A DNA stretch of 45,807 bases from Halothiobacillaceae bacterium UBA5861 (GCA_002432635.1 DJFX01000045.1:33634-79440), one strand, 5' to 3'; positions 7,955 through 18,140 are shown, numbered from the stretch's first letter. Program-made: numbers and translations. Notes: generated by a model from the sequence alone, not told the origin.

Positions 7955-8917
7955 ATGGAAAAACGATCAAAACTACAGTTTTTACCGATTACACTATTTT
8001 CAACGGTCATGGGGCTTGCGGGTTTGACGCTTGCACTGCGTGCAGCTGAAACACACTTAGGCTTTACCGCTCAATTCGATGGAATTGCTGCTGGAATAAC
8101 CGGCAGTATTTTTATTGTATTAATCATTTTTTACACCTTAAAAGTTCTGCGTTACCCCAGTGACGTTAAAAAAGAGCTAAAACACCCAATCAAGTTGAGC
8201 TTTTTCCCGGCCTTTTCGATCAGCTTGATTTTATGCGCGATGATTTTACTCCCGTATCACCAGCAGGGCGCTTTGATGTTATGGAGTGCTGGCGCGGCCA
8301 TTCAACTCATTTTTACGCTTTACGTTATGAGCCAGTGGCTGTTAAGCGGTCATTTCCATATTGGCCATATTTCACCGCCTTGGTTCATCCCCGTGGTAGG
8401 AAATATCCTGGTGCCTGTGGCTGGCTCAAAACTGGTCAGTATCGAAATTTCATGGTTTTATTTCAGTATCGGTTTGCTGTACTGGTTAATTTTGTTGACG
8501 CTCATTTTCCAGAGAAAAATAGGCCACTCACAGTTGCCATTAAAACTGTTTCCCACGTTGTTTATTTTAATTGCGCCCCCTGCTGTTGGTTTTCTTTCCT
8601 ATGTGAATATGACGGGGCAAATGGATGGTTTCGCGCGTTTCCTTTATTTTTCTGCGGTTTTTGTGGCGATTTTACTGGTGGTTAATCTCCATAGGTTTCT
8701 GAGGTTACCGTTCTTCATTTCCTGGTGGGCCTACTCGTTTCCGGTGGCTGCGTTGACAATTGCTACTGCGGTTATGTTTGAGATGACCGGTTGGCGGGGT
8801 TATTGGTGGGCAGCATATGGCTTGTTACTGATTTTGGTTGTCATCATTGCAATTCTGGTCATCAGAACACTGTCGGCCTTGCTGACAGGGCAGTTATTAA
8901 TCCCAGAGGAGGAGTAG
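7955..8917 (+). CDS. SLAC1/TehA (TDT) family anion channel/transporter
   Basis: FSTVMGLAGL, ELKHPIKLSFF, PPWFIPVVGN, ILIAPPAVGF, WWAYSFPVAA; about 10 TMs. ATG 7955 is the likely start. Confidence 0.9.
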   Translation: MEKRSKLQFLPITLFSTVMGLAGLTLALRAAETHLGFTAQFDGIAAGITGSIFIVLIIFYTLKVLRYPSDVKKELKHPIKLSFFPAFSISLILCAMILLPYHQQGALMLWSAGAAIQLIFTLYVMSQWLLSGHFHIGHISPPWFIPVVGNILVPVAGSKLVSIEISWFYFSIGLLYWLILLTLIFQRKIGHSQLPLKLFPTLFILIAPPAVGFLSYVNMTGQMDGFARFLYFSAVFVAILLVVNLHRFLRLPFFISWWAYSFPVAALTIATAVMFEMTGWRGYWWAAYGLLLILVVIIAILVIRTLSALLTGQLLIPEEE

Positions 8918-8983
8918 CGAGGGGAGGTGAAAAGAGAAGGGAGGCAGCGGGAAGAGCTGCCTCACATGCGACTTGGGTGATTG

Positions 8984-10363
8984 CTAGAGTGTTTTGACCG
9001 AGGCGATTAATTCACCGGCAACCGATTGCCCATCCCCGTACAGCATCCGCGTGTTATCGCGGAAAAAGAGGTGGTTTTCAATCCCGGAAAAACCGGCGCC
9101 CTGCCCACGTTTAATGACAATAACGTTTTTGGCCTTATCCGCGTTAAGGATAGGCATGCCGTAAATTGGGCTGCTTTTGTCCTCACGGGCAGCAGGATTG
9201 ACAACGTCATTTGCCCCAATAACCAGTGCAACGTCGGCGTTCACAAAATCGTTGTTGATTTCATCCAAGTCATAGATTTTGTCATAAGGCACCCCGGCTT
9301 CAGCCAAAAGAACATTCATATGCCCTGGCATACGGCCGGCAACAGGGTGAATGGCAAAGCTGACAGTCACGCCTTTTTCTTCCAGTAGCTCTGTCAGTTC
9401 CCAAATTTTGTGTTGAGCTTGGGCAACCGCCATCCCATAACCCGGGATAATGATAACTTTCTCAGCGTACGCCATTTGAATGGCCGCATCCGTTGCGTCA
9501 ATCGATTTCATTGAGCCTGTAGGGCCCTCGGTTGCAACCCCGTCGTCGCCTGAGCCAAAGCCGGAGAACAGTACATTGGTCAGAGGGCGGTTCATAGCTT
9601 TTGCCATCAATTGAGTCAGCAAGGTACCGGCTGAGCCAACGACGATACCGGCAATCATCATCGCGGGGTTGCCCAGGACAAAGCCTTCAAAACCAACGGC
9701 GAGTCCAGTAAAAGCGTTATACAGCGAGATAATCACAGGCATGTCGGCCCCACCGATCGGGACCGTCATTAAAATGCCGAAGATCAGTGCCAATGCAAAC
9801 ATCAGGAATAAGGCGAGGCCGTTCGGGTGATCTGAGACTGCCAAGCTAATCGCAAGGACGATGATGATTGCAAAGAGCACGAGATTCACCAGTTGCTGCA
9901 TGGGAAAGCGGTAAACTTTTTTCATAATGCCTTGAAGCTTGGCATAAGCAATCAGTGATCCCGAGAAGGCGATTGAACCAATAATCGCGCCTGTAACAGC
10001 CAGTGCTTGTGCAACACCGGTATGCTCTACATCCTTCATCAGTTCAATGGCAGCGATTGCTGCCGCTGCACCGCCGCCCATGCCGTTGTAAAGCGCGATC
10101 ATTTGTGGCATGTCTGTCATGGCTACTTTTTTGCCACTGGTCCAGGCGATAACACCGCTTGAGACAATTGCCAGGATCATTAAGAAGTAATTACCTTCAA
10201 TTTGTGCGTGGAAAAATGTAACCAGTGTGGCAATGACCATGCCGACACCTGCCCAGACAATCCCGCTGCGAGCCGTAACAGGCGACCCCATGCGCTTTAA
10301 GCCAAGAATAAAAAGAACAGCAGCGCCAAAGTAGGCAATATCAATGAATATAGAGCCTGACAT
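8984..10363 (-). CDS. pntB: NAD(P) transhydrogenase subunit beta
   Basis: MPQMIALYNGMGG, IGGADMPVIISLYN, PGYGMAVAQAQH, HPVAGRMPGHMNVLLAEA, GANDVVNP. Confidence 0.98.
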   Translation of the reverse strand: MSGSIFIDIAYFGAAVLFILGLKRMGSPVTARSGIVWAGVGMVIATLVTFFHAQIEGNYFLMILAIVSSGVIAWTSGKKVAMTDMPQMIALYNGMGGGAAAAIAAIELMKDVEHTGVAQALAVTGAIIGSIAFSGSLIAYAKLQGIMKKVYRFPMQQLVNLVLFAIIIVLAISLAVSDHPNGLALFLMFALALIFGILMTVPIGGADMPVIISLYNAFTGLAVGFEGFVLGNPAMMIAGIVVGSAGTLLTQLMAKAMNRPLTNVLFSGFGSGDDGVATEGPTGSMKSIDATDAAIQMAYAEKVIIIPGYGMAVAQAQHKIWELTELLEEKGVTVSFAIHPVAGRMPGHMNVLLAEAGVPYDKIYDLDEINNDFVNADVALVIGANDVVNPAAREDKSSPIYGMPILNADKAKNVIVIKRGQGAGFSGIENHLFFRDNTRMLYGDGQSVAGELIASVKTL

Positions 10364-10650
10364 TATTTGCTCTCCTTGCTGGATTTGAACATTTCAAGCA
10401 TTCGCTCTGTTACCACATAGCCACCGACAGCATTGCCAGCCGCCAGGAAAACAGCAACAAAACCGATGAGTAGCTGCCAGAACCCTTCAGCTTGACCCAG
10501 TGCAACCATGGCACCGACCAGGACGATGCCGTGGATAAAATTTGAACCCGACATCATGGGCGTATGGAGGATAACCGGGACCTTTGAAATAACTTCATAG
10601 CCAGTGAAACCAGCCAGCATAAAAATATACAGTGCAACAAACCCTTCCAT
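10363..10650 (-). CDS. pntAB: NAD(P) transhydrogenase alpha subunit part 2 (membrane)
   Basis: VPVILHTPMMSGSNFIHG, GGYVVTERMLEMF. ATG at 10650; TAATG stop/start overlaps with both neighbours. Confidence 0.95.
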   Translation of the reverse strand: MEGFVALYIFMLAGFTGYEVISKVPVILHTPMMSGSNFIHGIVLVGAMVALGQAEGFWQLLIGFVAVFLAAGNAVGGYVVTERMLEMFKSSKESK

Positions 10651-12065
10651 TATTCGTCTCCAACTATTTTCTTGGCTTGAGAGACCCACTCTTCACGTTG
10701 GATCCGGCCTTTGAAATTTAGAAATTGGTCAATTCTGGCAATGTCTTCGTCGGTAAACTCGGCAATCTGCTTAAAATGAAAAATACCGAGTTCATGCAGT
10801 TTTGCCTCAAGCACCGGGCCAATGCCGTTGATTCTTTTTAAATCGTCGGCTTCTCCATTTTCCGGTTGTGCCAGAAACATGGGCTGGTCAACGTTTGTTT
10901 CCTCTATTACCGGCGCGGTATCTTCTTTTTCAGCGCTAGGAGATATGCCCAGCAGAGTACGTGTTGGTTCGTGGTGTACGTGGCCTTGGTGTGTCAGCAG
11001 GCAGCCGTCAATTACGGCATCTTCCAAGTCCATATTGATTTCACCGTCAACAATAAACAACGACAGTAAATTGAGTAAGTTTTTCGCATACATTTCACTG
11101 GCGTGGAGAGGCGCTTGACTCGCCAGATTCAGCGGGCCACTGATCACAACGCCGGCATGTTCAATGGTTTTTCCCGGTTGAGTCAGTTCGCAGTTACCGC
11201 CTGTTTCAGCGGCAAGATCAACGATAACGGAACCGGCTGGCATGGCCTCAACCATCGACTGAGTGATGATTTTTGGGGCCGGTCGGCCCGGGATCGCGGC
11301 CGTAGACACGACCGCATCCGCTTTGGTGAGGTGCTTGGCCAGTGCCTCAGCCTGTTGTTGTTTTTCCTCGTCGGTCAATTCACGGGCGTATCCGCCTTCT
11401 CCCGCGGCGTTGACGCCTGTGTCAATCAGTTTGGCTCCGAGGGACTCCACTTGCTCTTTAGCGTCGGGTCGAATGTCATACGCTTCAACTTGTGCACCAA
11501 GCCGTCGTGCGGTGGCAATGGCCTGTAATCCTGCGACACCGGCACCGATAATGACAACCTTTGCAGGTCTTAGCGTTCCAGCTGCGGTCGTGAGCATTGG
11601 AAATAATTTGGGTGCGAGTTGAGCGGCAATCAGTGTTGCTTTATAGCCGGCAACCGTGGCCTGCGATGAGAGTGCATCCATGGCTTGTGCACGTGTAATA
11701 CGGGGAACTAGCTCCATCGCGAGCGTCGTAATATTTTTATTGGCCAAGCGTTCAACCAGGGCTTTGTTACTGTGTGCCTGAATGAAGCTGATCAGCAGGG
11801 TTCCGTCAGGAATGTCGTCAACTTCTGCCAGTGTGGGCGGTTGAACTTTTAAAGTGATGTCCGCGTTTTGAAGCGTGTCTTTGATACTGGCCGCAATCTG
11901 GGCTTTTTCATATTTTTCGTCGGGAAAGCCACTGGCTGTACCAGCTTGTGTTTGTATTGATATACTTGCCCCGAGTTTATCCAGGCGTTCAGCAACGCTG
12001 GGGTCTATCGCGACGCGACGTTCGCCCTCAGCGATTTCTTTTAATACAGCAATCTTTATAGGCAT
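10650..12065 (-). CDS. pntAA: NAD(P) transhydrogenase alpha subunit part 1 (dI) with an extra C-terminal HhH-like domain
   Basis: GERRVA, RITRAQAMDALSSQ, GAGVAGLQAIATARRLGA, GEGGYARE, DLAAETGGNC; then an acidic/Pro linker and DDLKRINGIGP...GRIQREEWVSQA. Confidence 0.95.
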   Translation of the reverse strand: MPIKIAVLKEIAEGERRVAIDPSVAERLDKLGASISIQTQAGTASGFPDEKYEKAQIAASIKDTLQNADITLKVQPPTLAEVDDIPDGTLLISFIQAHSNKALVERLANKNITTLAMELVPRITRAQAMDALSSQATVAGYKATLIAAQLAPKLFPMLTTAAGTLRPAKVVIIGAGVAGLQAIATARRLGAQVEAYDIRPDAKEQVESLGAKLIDTGVNAAGEGGYARELTDEEKQQQAEALAKHLTKADAVVSTAAIPGRPAPKIITQSMVEAMPAGSVIVDLAAETGGNCELTQPGKTIEHAGVVISGPLNLASQAPLHASEMYAKNLLNLLSLFIVDGEINMDLEDAVIDGCLLTHQGHVHHEPTRTLLGISPSAEKEDTAPVIEETNVDQPMFLAQPENGEADDLKRINGIGPVLEAKLHELGIFHFKQIAEFTDEDIARIDQFLNFKGRIQREEWVSQAKKIVGDE

Positions 12066-12255
12066 AGCATAAGCTTCCGTCAGGTTTTGCTTGCAACCTC
12101 AGAACTGTTCGTATGAGGGGATGCAGAAAATGATTGGTTGTAGGTTGCCAAATAGTAAACTGGCACAGGGGCGCATACTAACGTGTGTGACGCGGAATTT
12201 GAAGTCTTCTCTTCGGTATTGTGAGCTGTGTGGGCTTTAAGTTAATACCGTTTTG

Positions 12256-13467
12256 TCAGGGCCGTTGACGAATGGCTCCGAGTGATTGCTCAGCCCACGA
12301 TAGCGCTTCCAAGTAGGCTTCTGAGAGCGTCTGGCCTTCCAAATCAGCAAACGTTGCTTTTTCAGGATGCTGGCTTTCGAGTGCTAAAACGCAGTTTAGT
12401 GCTTGCCCCATCAGTCCTTCTCGTTTCAGCAAAGCATCAATGATGTCGTCTTCCAGTGGAAGCTCTTTTAGAATGTCTTCCATCTTCATATCCATCATGG
12501 CGTCTAAGACCGAAAACATGCCGACAGTAAAGAATGACTCTTTCCCATGGAGGGACTTTGCCGAAGCGAGTTGCTCGCATGTTCTCGCTCTGACCAATGC
12601 GATTTTCATCAGTTCGATCGGTTTGTCTTCAATGTCGGCCAGTGCAAATGCGGTTGCCCACATTTTTATTGCCTGTCGGCCCAGTAAAATAACAGCTTGA
12701 TCGATGGAGTCAATCGTTCGTCTCACACCTGTGAGAGGCGAGTTAACAATCCGCAAAATGCGGTAACTCATCGCAACATCTCGTTTGATGAGTGTTTGGA
12801 TTTGCCCCACTTCTGTTCGTGGGTTAGATAGTTTTGCAATCAGTTGCACAACAGCGACTTTATTTGCAGTGACTTTTTTACCTTTAATAATCGACGGTTT
12901 GGCAAAAAAGTAGCCTTGATAATATTTGAATCCTAAGGTTTTGAGTGTGTCGTATTGTTCTTGGGTTTCGACTTTTTCGGCCATTAAATCAACATCATAA
13001 GGTCGTAATTTTTCAACTTGTGACTCGATTTCACTGTCTTCCATCTGGTGGATATCGATTTTTACAACTTGCGCAAGATCGATGATGGGCTCGAAGTTTT
13101 GACTGTAATGAAAATCATCAAGTGCTATGGTATGGCCTTGGCCCAATAGGACTTCAAGGGCCGTGATCAATGTTTCATCCACTTGGATGTTTTCAAGTAC
13201 TTCCAGCACAACCCGGCCAGGAGTAAACGGCAGTAACTCTGTATTGGTCAGAAACTGACGCGTCATATTGACGTAGGCGAGTTTGTCCCCAACGATATTT
13301 TCCAGGCCAATTTCAGTGAATGCGTTTAACATCACATTAGCCGTTGCTGCATCGCCGTCCTTGAATTTAGCGGAATTTTGTTCTGTGTTGCGGAATAAGA
13401 GCTCATAGCCATGAAGCTTCAGATGATTATCCAGTATGGGCTGTCTTCCGATAAAGTAATGTGACAT
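12256..13467 (-). CDS. EAL + HDOD domain c-di-GMP phosphodiesterase-like protein (YuxH/CdgJ type)
   Basis: Likely start ATG 13467 (MSHYFIGRQPI); YELLFR, VLEVLE, IALDDF, KID, AEKVET, QGYFF; C-terminal HDOD (LRIVNS...IDSIDQAVILLG, RARTCEQL, FTVGMFSVLDA). Confidence 0.9.
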   Translation of the reverse strand: MSHYFIGRQPILDNHLKLHGYELLFRNTEQNSAKFKDGDAATANVMLNAFTEIGLENIVGDKLAYVNMTRQFLTNTELLPFTPGRVVLEVLENIQVDETLITALEVLLGQGHTIALDDFHYSQNFEPIIDLAQVVKIDIHQMEDSEIESQVEKLRPYDVDLMAEKVETQEQYDTLKTLGFKYYQGYFFAKPSIIKGKKVTANKVAVVQLIAKLSNPRTEVGQIQTLIKRDVAMSYRILRIVNSPLTGVRRTIDSIDQAVILLGRQAIKMWATAFALADIEDKPIELMKIALVRARTCEQLASAKSLHGKESFFTVGMFSVLDAMMDMKMEDILKELPLEDDIIDALLKREGLMGQALNCVLALESQHPEKATFADLEGQTLSEAYLEALSWAEQSLGAIRQRP

Positions 13468-13677
13468 GCTGAAATTTAATCCTTTTGGGTGTATCCGGCC
13501 ATGTTTTTTGAACATTCTTTGATAGGGTCTATATCGACGTGTTTGCGTCCTCTTTAAGTGCTTTCTTCTGTTATTGAATGAATTTCCCAACGGGTAGTCG
13601 AGCAATTTGCTAAATTAATACGTTAAGAGATCTCGTTACGTCTCTCTATTCCAACTGTTTTTTCAGGAAGTTACACC

Positions 13678-14766
13678 ATGCTCAGCGTGCTAAAAGAGTG
13701 GTATGAACGGCACTTTTCCGATCCCCAGGTCATTATCTTGGCGTTGATGCTGATTGGGGCTGCTATCGCACTGTTCTTGTTTGGCAATATTCTGGCGCCG
13801 GTTTTAGTGGCGTTGATTTTGGCTTACCTGCTGGAAGGTATTGTTAGCCCAATTGTCAAATTAGGCATTCCTAGAACCTGGGCTGTGACGATCGTTATGC
13901 TCGTTTTTTTAGTATTGTTTTGGGGGTTAGCGATCGGCTTGATTCCCGTGCTTTCCCGTCAGGTTTCTCAGCTTATTGCGGATATGCCCAGCATGATTTC
14001 AAAAGGGCAGGGGCTGCTTTTGTTGCTCCCGGAGATGTATCCAGCCATTTTTACCGAAGAACAAATTCAAAATCTTTTTATTTACGCGCGCCGCGAGGTA
14101 GGTGAGTGGGGACAAGCGGTGCTGACCTACTCGGTGGCAAATGTGATCAACGTTTTTACCTTGATTGTTTATGCGGTGTTGATTCCACTCATGATTTTCT
14201 TCGGGCTGAAAGACAAACAGAAAATTTTCGTCTGGGTCCGACGTTTTATGCCGTCCCGCCGTGCGCTGATTATTAAAGTGTGGCGTGAAGTGGATGATAA
14301 TATTGCCAATTACATCCGTGGCAAGATTATCGAAATTATGATTGTCTGGATCGTAACGTATGTGACATTTGCCCTCATGGGACTGAATTTCTCACTTTTA
14401 TTAAGTTTTCTGGTGGGTATCTCTGTCATTATCCCTTTTATTGGTGCGATTACAGTGACAATTCCCATTGCCTTGATTGCGTTCTTTCAGTGGGGGTTGA
14501 CAGCTCAGTTTGGCTATCTGCTGTTGGCGTATCAGGTTATTCAAATTCTGGATGGTAACATTTTAGTCCCCGTCTTATTTTCAGAAGTTGTGAATATCCA
14601 TCCACTGGCGATTATTATTGCGGTGGTTTTTTTCGGTGGCATATGGGGTATTTGGGGGGTATTTTTTGCTATCCCACTGGCAACGGTCGTTCAGGCGATT
14701 CTCAATACTTGGCCGAAAATACAGCAGGATAGCGAGGAGCGGGTTACACAGGAAAATGGACAGTAA
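13678..14766 (+). CDS. perM: AI-2E/PerM family transporter
   Basis: FSDPQ N-terminus, NYIRGK, IPFIGA, QILDGNILVPVLFSEVVNIHP; located next to bcp. Confidence 0.88.
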   Translation: MLSVLKEWYERHFSDPQVIILALMLIGAAIALFLFGNILAPVLVALILAYLLEGIVSPIVKLGIPRTWAVTIVMLVFLVLFWGLAIGLIPVLSRQVSQLIADMPSMISKGQGLLLLLPEMYPAIFTEEQIQNLFIYARREVGEWGQAVLTYSVANVINVFTLIVYAVLIPLMIFFGLKDKQKIFVWVRRFMPSRRALIIKVWREVDDNIANYIRGKIIEIMIVWIVTYVTFALMGLNFSLLLSFLVGISVIIPFIGAITVTIPIALIAFFQWGLTAQFGYLLLAYQVIQILDGNILVPVLFSEVVNIHPLAIIIAVVFFGGIWGIWGVFFAIPLATVVQAILNTWPKIQQDSEERVTQENGQ

Positions 14767-14781
14767 AGGTTAGGTTTCCAA

Positions 14782-15273
14782 TCACAGAGACGACGGGTCT
14801 TCGCGGTTGATTGTTTGAACGGCAGCCAGGACGGCTTCAACATGTCCTTTGACCTTCACTTTCCTCCAGATTTCCCGGAAAGTGCCAGAGGCATCAATCA
14901 AAAAAGTACTGCGCTCAATACCCATGAACTGTTTGCCGTACATATTTTTCATTTTGAGTACTTCAAATAAGTTACAGACGGTTTCATCTTCATCAGACAG
15001 GAGCTCAAATGGTAATGCTTGCTTTTCTTTGAAGCGTTCGTGGCTTTTGATGCTATCCCGTGAGATGCCTAAAATGACGGTGTGTTCTTGAGTAAACGCA
15101 TCATAGCCGTCACGAAAATCCTGGCTTTCTGTCGTACAACCGGGTGTGCTGTCTTTAGGATAAAAATAGATCACCACGTTTTTGCCCCGAAAATCACTCA
15201 AATTAATGGTTTGTCCGCCAGTGGCAGGTAAGGTGAACTCAGGGGCTTGATGGCCGATTTCAATATTGCTCAT
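14782..15273 (-). CDS. bcp: Peroxiredoxin Bcp/PrxQ
   Basis: YFYPKDSTPGCTTE, GISRD, LLSD, GIERSTFLID. Confidence 0.95.
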   Translation of the reverse strand: MSNIEIGHQAPEFTLPATGGQTINLSDFRGKNVVIYFYPKDSTPGCTTESQDFRDGYDAFTQEHTVILGISRDSIKSHERFKEKQALPFELLSDEDETVCNLFEVLKMKNMYGKQFMGIERSTFLIDASGTFREIWRKVKVKGHVEAVLAAVQTINREDPSSL

Positions 15274-15367
15274 GAAGGTATCCTTATCGACGTAGGCGCT
15301 TTACAAGAGCTTGTCTTCAAACAGGCACGCAAGTACCATTGCCAGACGATTTTAGTGAGAGGTTTCT

Positions 15368-16243
15368 ATGTTTCAGGGGAGTATGGTAGCACTGGTCACA
15401 CCCATGCGTGAAGACGGCGCTGTTGATGAGCAATCACTTGAAAAGCTGATTGAATTTCATATTCAAAATAACACGGATGCGATTGTTGCAGTGGGTACAA
15501 CGGGCGAATCCCCTACCGTTGATGTCGATGAACACCGTTACATTATCCGCAAGGTGATCGAGCTTGTGGCGGGTCGGATTCCTGTAATTGCCGGAACCGG
15601 TGCGAACTCAACAAGTGAAGCCATTCACCTGACAGAAGGCGCAGCAGAAGACGGTGCAGATGCCTGCTTGCTGGTGACCCCTTACTACAATAAGCCTACA
15701 CAGGAAGGCCTTTACCAACACTATTGTGCGATTGCCGAAGCCGTTTCCATTCCCCAAATTCTCTACAATGTGCCCGGGCGCACCGCTGTAGATATGCTGC
15801 CGGAAACCGTTTTGCGGCTCGCAGTGATTGATAATATCGTTGGCATAAAAGAAGCAACGGGTGATCTGAACCGCATGCGGGAGCTATTGGATCAAACCGG
15901 TGAAGGCTTCGATGTTTTCAGCGGTGATGATGCAACCGCCATGGAAAGTATGTTACTGGGCGCCAAAGGTGATATTTCTGTAACGGCCAATATTGTCCCC
16001 AAACAGATGGCAGCAATGTGTGCCTATGCGAGGGAAGGAAATCGCTCGGCAGCCGAGGCGATCGAAGCAGAAATTGGCCATCTTCATACCGATCTTTTTG
16101 TGGAGTCCAACCCGATTCCTGTCAAATGGGCATTAAACCAAATGGGGCTCATCGACACAGGTATTCGCCTACCCTTAACACCACTGGCTCCCCACTATCA
16201 TCAACGATTACACGATGCGCTGAAAAACGCGGGCGTCATTTAG
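15368..16243 (+). CDS. dapA: 4-hydroxy-tetrahydrodipicolinate synthase
   Basis: GTTGES, PYYNKPTQEG, LYNVPGRT, GIKEATG, ESNPIPVK. Confidence 0.98.
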   Translation: MFQGSMVALVTPMREDGAVDEQSLEKLIEFHIQNNTDAIVAVGTTGESPTVDVDEHRYIIRKVIELVAGRIPVIAGTGANSTSEAIHLTEGAAEDGADACLLVTPYYNKPTQEGLYQHYCAIAEAVSIPQILYNVPGRTAVDMLPETVLRLAVIDNIVGIKEATGDLNRMRELLDQTGEGFDVFSGDDATAMESMLLGAKGDISVTANIVPKQMAAMCAYAREGNRSAAEAIEAEIGHLHTDLFVESNPIPVKWALNQMGLIDTGIRLPLTPLAPHYHQRLHDALKNAGVI

Positions 16244-16267
16244 TCGTCGTATCACTAGGCATTTGGA

Positions 16268-17347
16268 ATGACACTTAAGCGAATAGTCACCACAGGCGTT
16301 ATTTTTTTATTTGCAGCGAGTTTGTATGGCTGCAGTCTTTTGGGCCGAAACAGTCCCGACACAGCCTATGTTAATGCCAAAGACGCGGAGGCTTTAGAAG
16401 TGCCGCCCGACTTGGCAAGACCTGATAAAACCATCCAGCTGGCCATACCCGGCCGGTTGGGTGATACCCTCACCTCCAGTACACTGTTACCCCAGTTTGA
16501 AAAAGTGCGCTTTGTGCGCCGGGGTGGGAGCCTGCATTGGTTGGAAGTGGATCTTGAGCCCGAAGTTTTGTGGCCGCAAATGCTGGCATTCTGGGAATCC
16601 CAGTCATTTGTCCTCGAAGAAAAAGACCCACTGACCGGTCTCATCGAAACGGAGTGGGTGCGGGATGGTAAACCGATTCCAAAACGAGGGCTCAAAGCCT
16701 TCTTGCGCAAGGCACTGGGAAACTTTTTTGACAGCGACAACTTTGATCGTTTTACGATGCGCATCGAGCGGCAGGGCAGCCAAGGCAGCCGGATTTTTTT
16801 AAGTCATCTGCAAGCGGTGGACTTGGAGCAGCGGGATGAATATACCCAGGAAACTCTCCAGGAAGGGCTTTCTTTGAGGAATGATCCCCAAGTTGAAGTT
16901 GAAATGCTCAAGCGCTTCCTGGTCTTTTTGGGTGCAACAGAGCAAATGGCACAGGGAATATTGTCTCGCCAGGCGTTTGAAAAGATCACACAAGGCTCAA
17001 CGCTTGAAGCCGGTGAAAGTGGGTTAACCCTATTCGTTCGAAAGCCTGCCAGTGCACTTTGGCCTCGGTTACTACGCGCTCTGGATGCGTTGGAGATCTC
17101 CGTTGAAGAGGCGGATCTGGAGCAGCAGCGCCTTGAACTTTTATTGGAAAAACGCACGGAAAGCGCGGAAAGCGACGCAGAGCTGCTGACGTTGTTACGA
17201 GAAAACGATGGGAAAACGATCATACTGGACCTGGAAGAAGAGAGTGCAGGCACCTATTTCATTTTAACGGATGATAAGGGTCGCCAACTGGATCGTGAGA
17301 TCAACAAAACCTTATTGGAAAAACTCCAAGCCCAACTTGATCAATGA
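16268..17347 (+). CDS. bamC: Outer membrane protein assembly lipoprotein BamC/NlpB
   Basis: Lipobox LYGC, LEVPPDL, GLIETEW, D-x-F-x-M-R-I-E; directly downstream of dapA. Confidence 0.85.
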   Translation: MTLKRIVTTGVIFLFAASLYGCSLLGRNSPDTAYVNAKDAEALEVPPDLARPDKTIQLAIPGRLGDTLTSSTLLPQFEKVRFVRRGGSLHWLEVDLEPEVLWPQMLAFWESQSFVLEEKDPLTGLIETEWVRDGKPIPKRGLKAFLRKALGNFFDSDNFDRFTMRIERQGSQGSRIFLSHLQAVDLEQRDEYTQETLQEGLSLRNDPQVEVEMLKRFLVFLGATEQMAQGILSRQAFEKITQGSTLEAGESGLTLFVRKPASALWPRLLRALDALEISVEEADLEQQRLELLLEKRTESAESDAELLTLLRENDGKTIILDLEEESAGTYFILTDDKGRQLDREINKTLLEKLQAQLDQ

Positions 17348-18123
17348 GTATTCGCTTTGCATCACTGGGCAGTGGGAGCAAAGGTAACGGCACCCTAATC
17401 ACCTGTGGAGATACTTGCCTGCTGGTCGACTGTGGGTTCACGATCAAAGAAACCGTCAAGCGCCTTGCGCAGCTGGGTGTAACAGAGCCGGGTAGTCTGG
17501 CCGGCATTCTCGTCACTCACGAGCATGGTGATCACCTTTCGGGCGTTGCTCCACTGGCTCGCCGTTTTAATCTCCCGGTCTGGATGAGCTATGGGACACG
17601 CCGTGTGGCCAGGGACGTTAAAAATCTTACCCTGCAGCTATTTCATGCAGGAGAGCGCCTGCGCATTGGTGATGCTGAGGTGACGCCTTTTACAGTACCG
17701 CATGATGCGGCTGAGCCTTGTCAGTTCACCTTTCAGTCGCCGGGTGCGAAACGCCTTGTGCTCCTGACAGACCTTGGAAAAAACACGCCCTATGTGCAAC
17801 GCAATCTCCAAGGTTGTGATGGCATTCTGCTTGAGTGTAATTACGATACTGAGATGATGAGAGACGGGCCCTACCCCCCCGCGTTACAAGCACGTATTAC
17901 CGGGGATTATGGGCACCTGGGGAACCAGCAAGCGGCGGAGATCCTTGCCAGCATGACCTACGACCGTTTGCAGCACATCGTGCTTTCGCACTTAAGTGAA
18001 CAGAATAATACGCCGGAAAAGGCGCAATCAGCCATTTTAGAGGCCGTTCCCGAGCGAGTTCATGAGCGGGTGAGTGTGTCTAGCCAGCAAAAAGGTACGG
18101 CGGTCTGGCATGAAATTCTTTAG
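17344..18123 (+). CDS. MBL-fold metallo-hydrolase (YycJ/WalJ-like)
   Basis: SLGSGSKGN, THEHGDH, VPHDA, LECNYD, GHLGN, HLSEQNN; ATGA overlap with bamC. Confidence 0.92.
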   Translation: MSIRFASLGSGSKGNGTLITCGDTCLLVDCGFTIKETVKRLAQLGVTEPGSLAGILVTHEHGDHLSGVAPLARRFNLPVWMSYGTRRVARDVKNLTLQLFHAGERLRIGDAEVTPFTVPHDAAEPCQFTFQSPGAKRLVLLTDLGKNTPYVQRNLQGCDGILLECNYDTEMMRDGPYPPALQARITGDYGHLGNQQAAEILASMTYDRLQHIVLSHLSEQNNTPEKAQSAILEAVPERVHERVSVSSQQKGTAVWHEIL

Positions 18124-18140
18124 CCGGTGCGTCAGTGCCG

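Noticed and set aside
12161-12176. Sigma54-like TGGCAC...GC near pntAA
   Set aside because: The GG-GC spacing is one base short of the -24/-12 consensus and the site points away from pntAA.
13468-13605. Basic N-terminal extension on the EAL-HDOD protein
   Set aside because: The family start M...IGRQPI at 13467 has an upstream AAAGGA SD-like sequence; the extension is likely just an open frame from a TTG.
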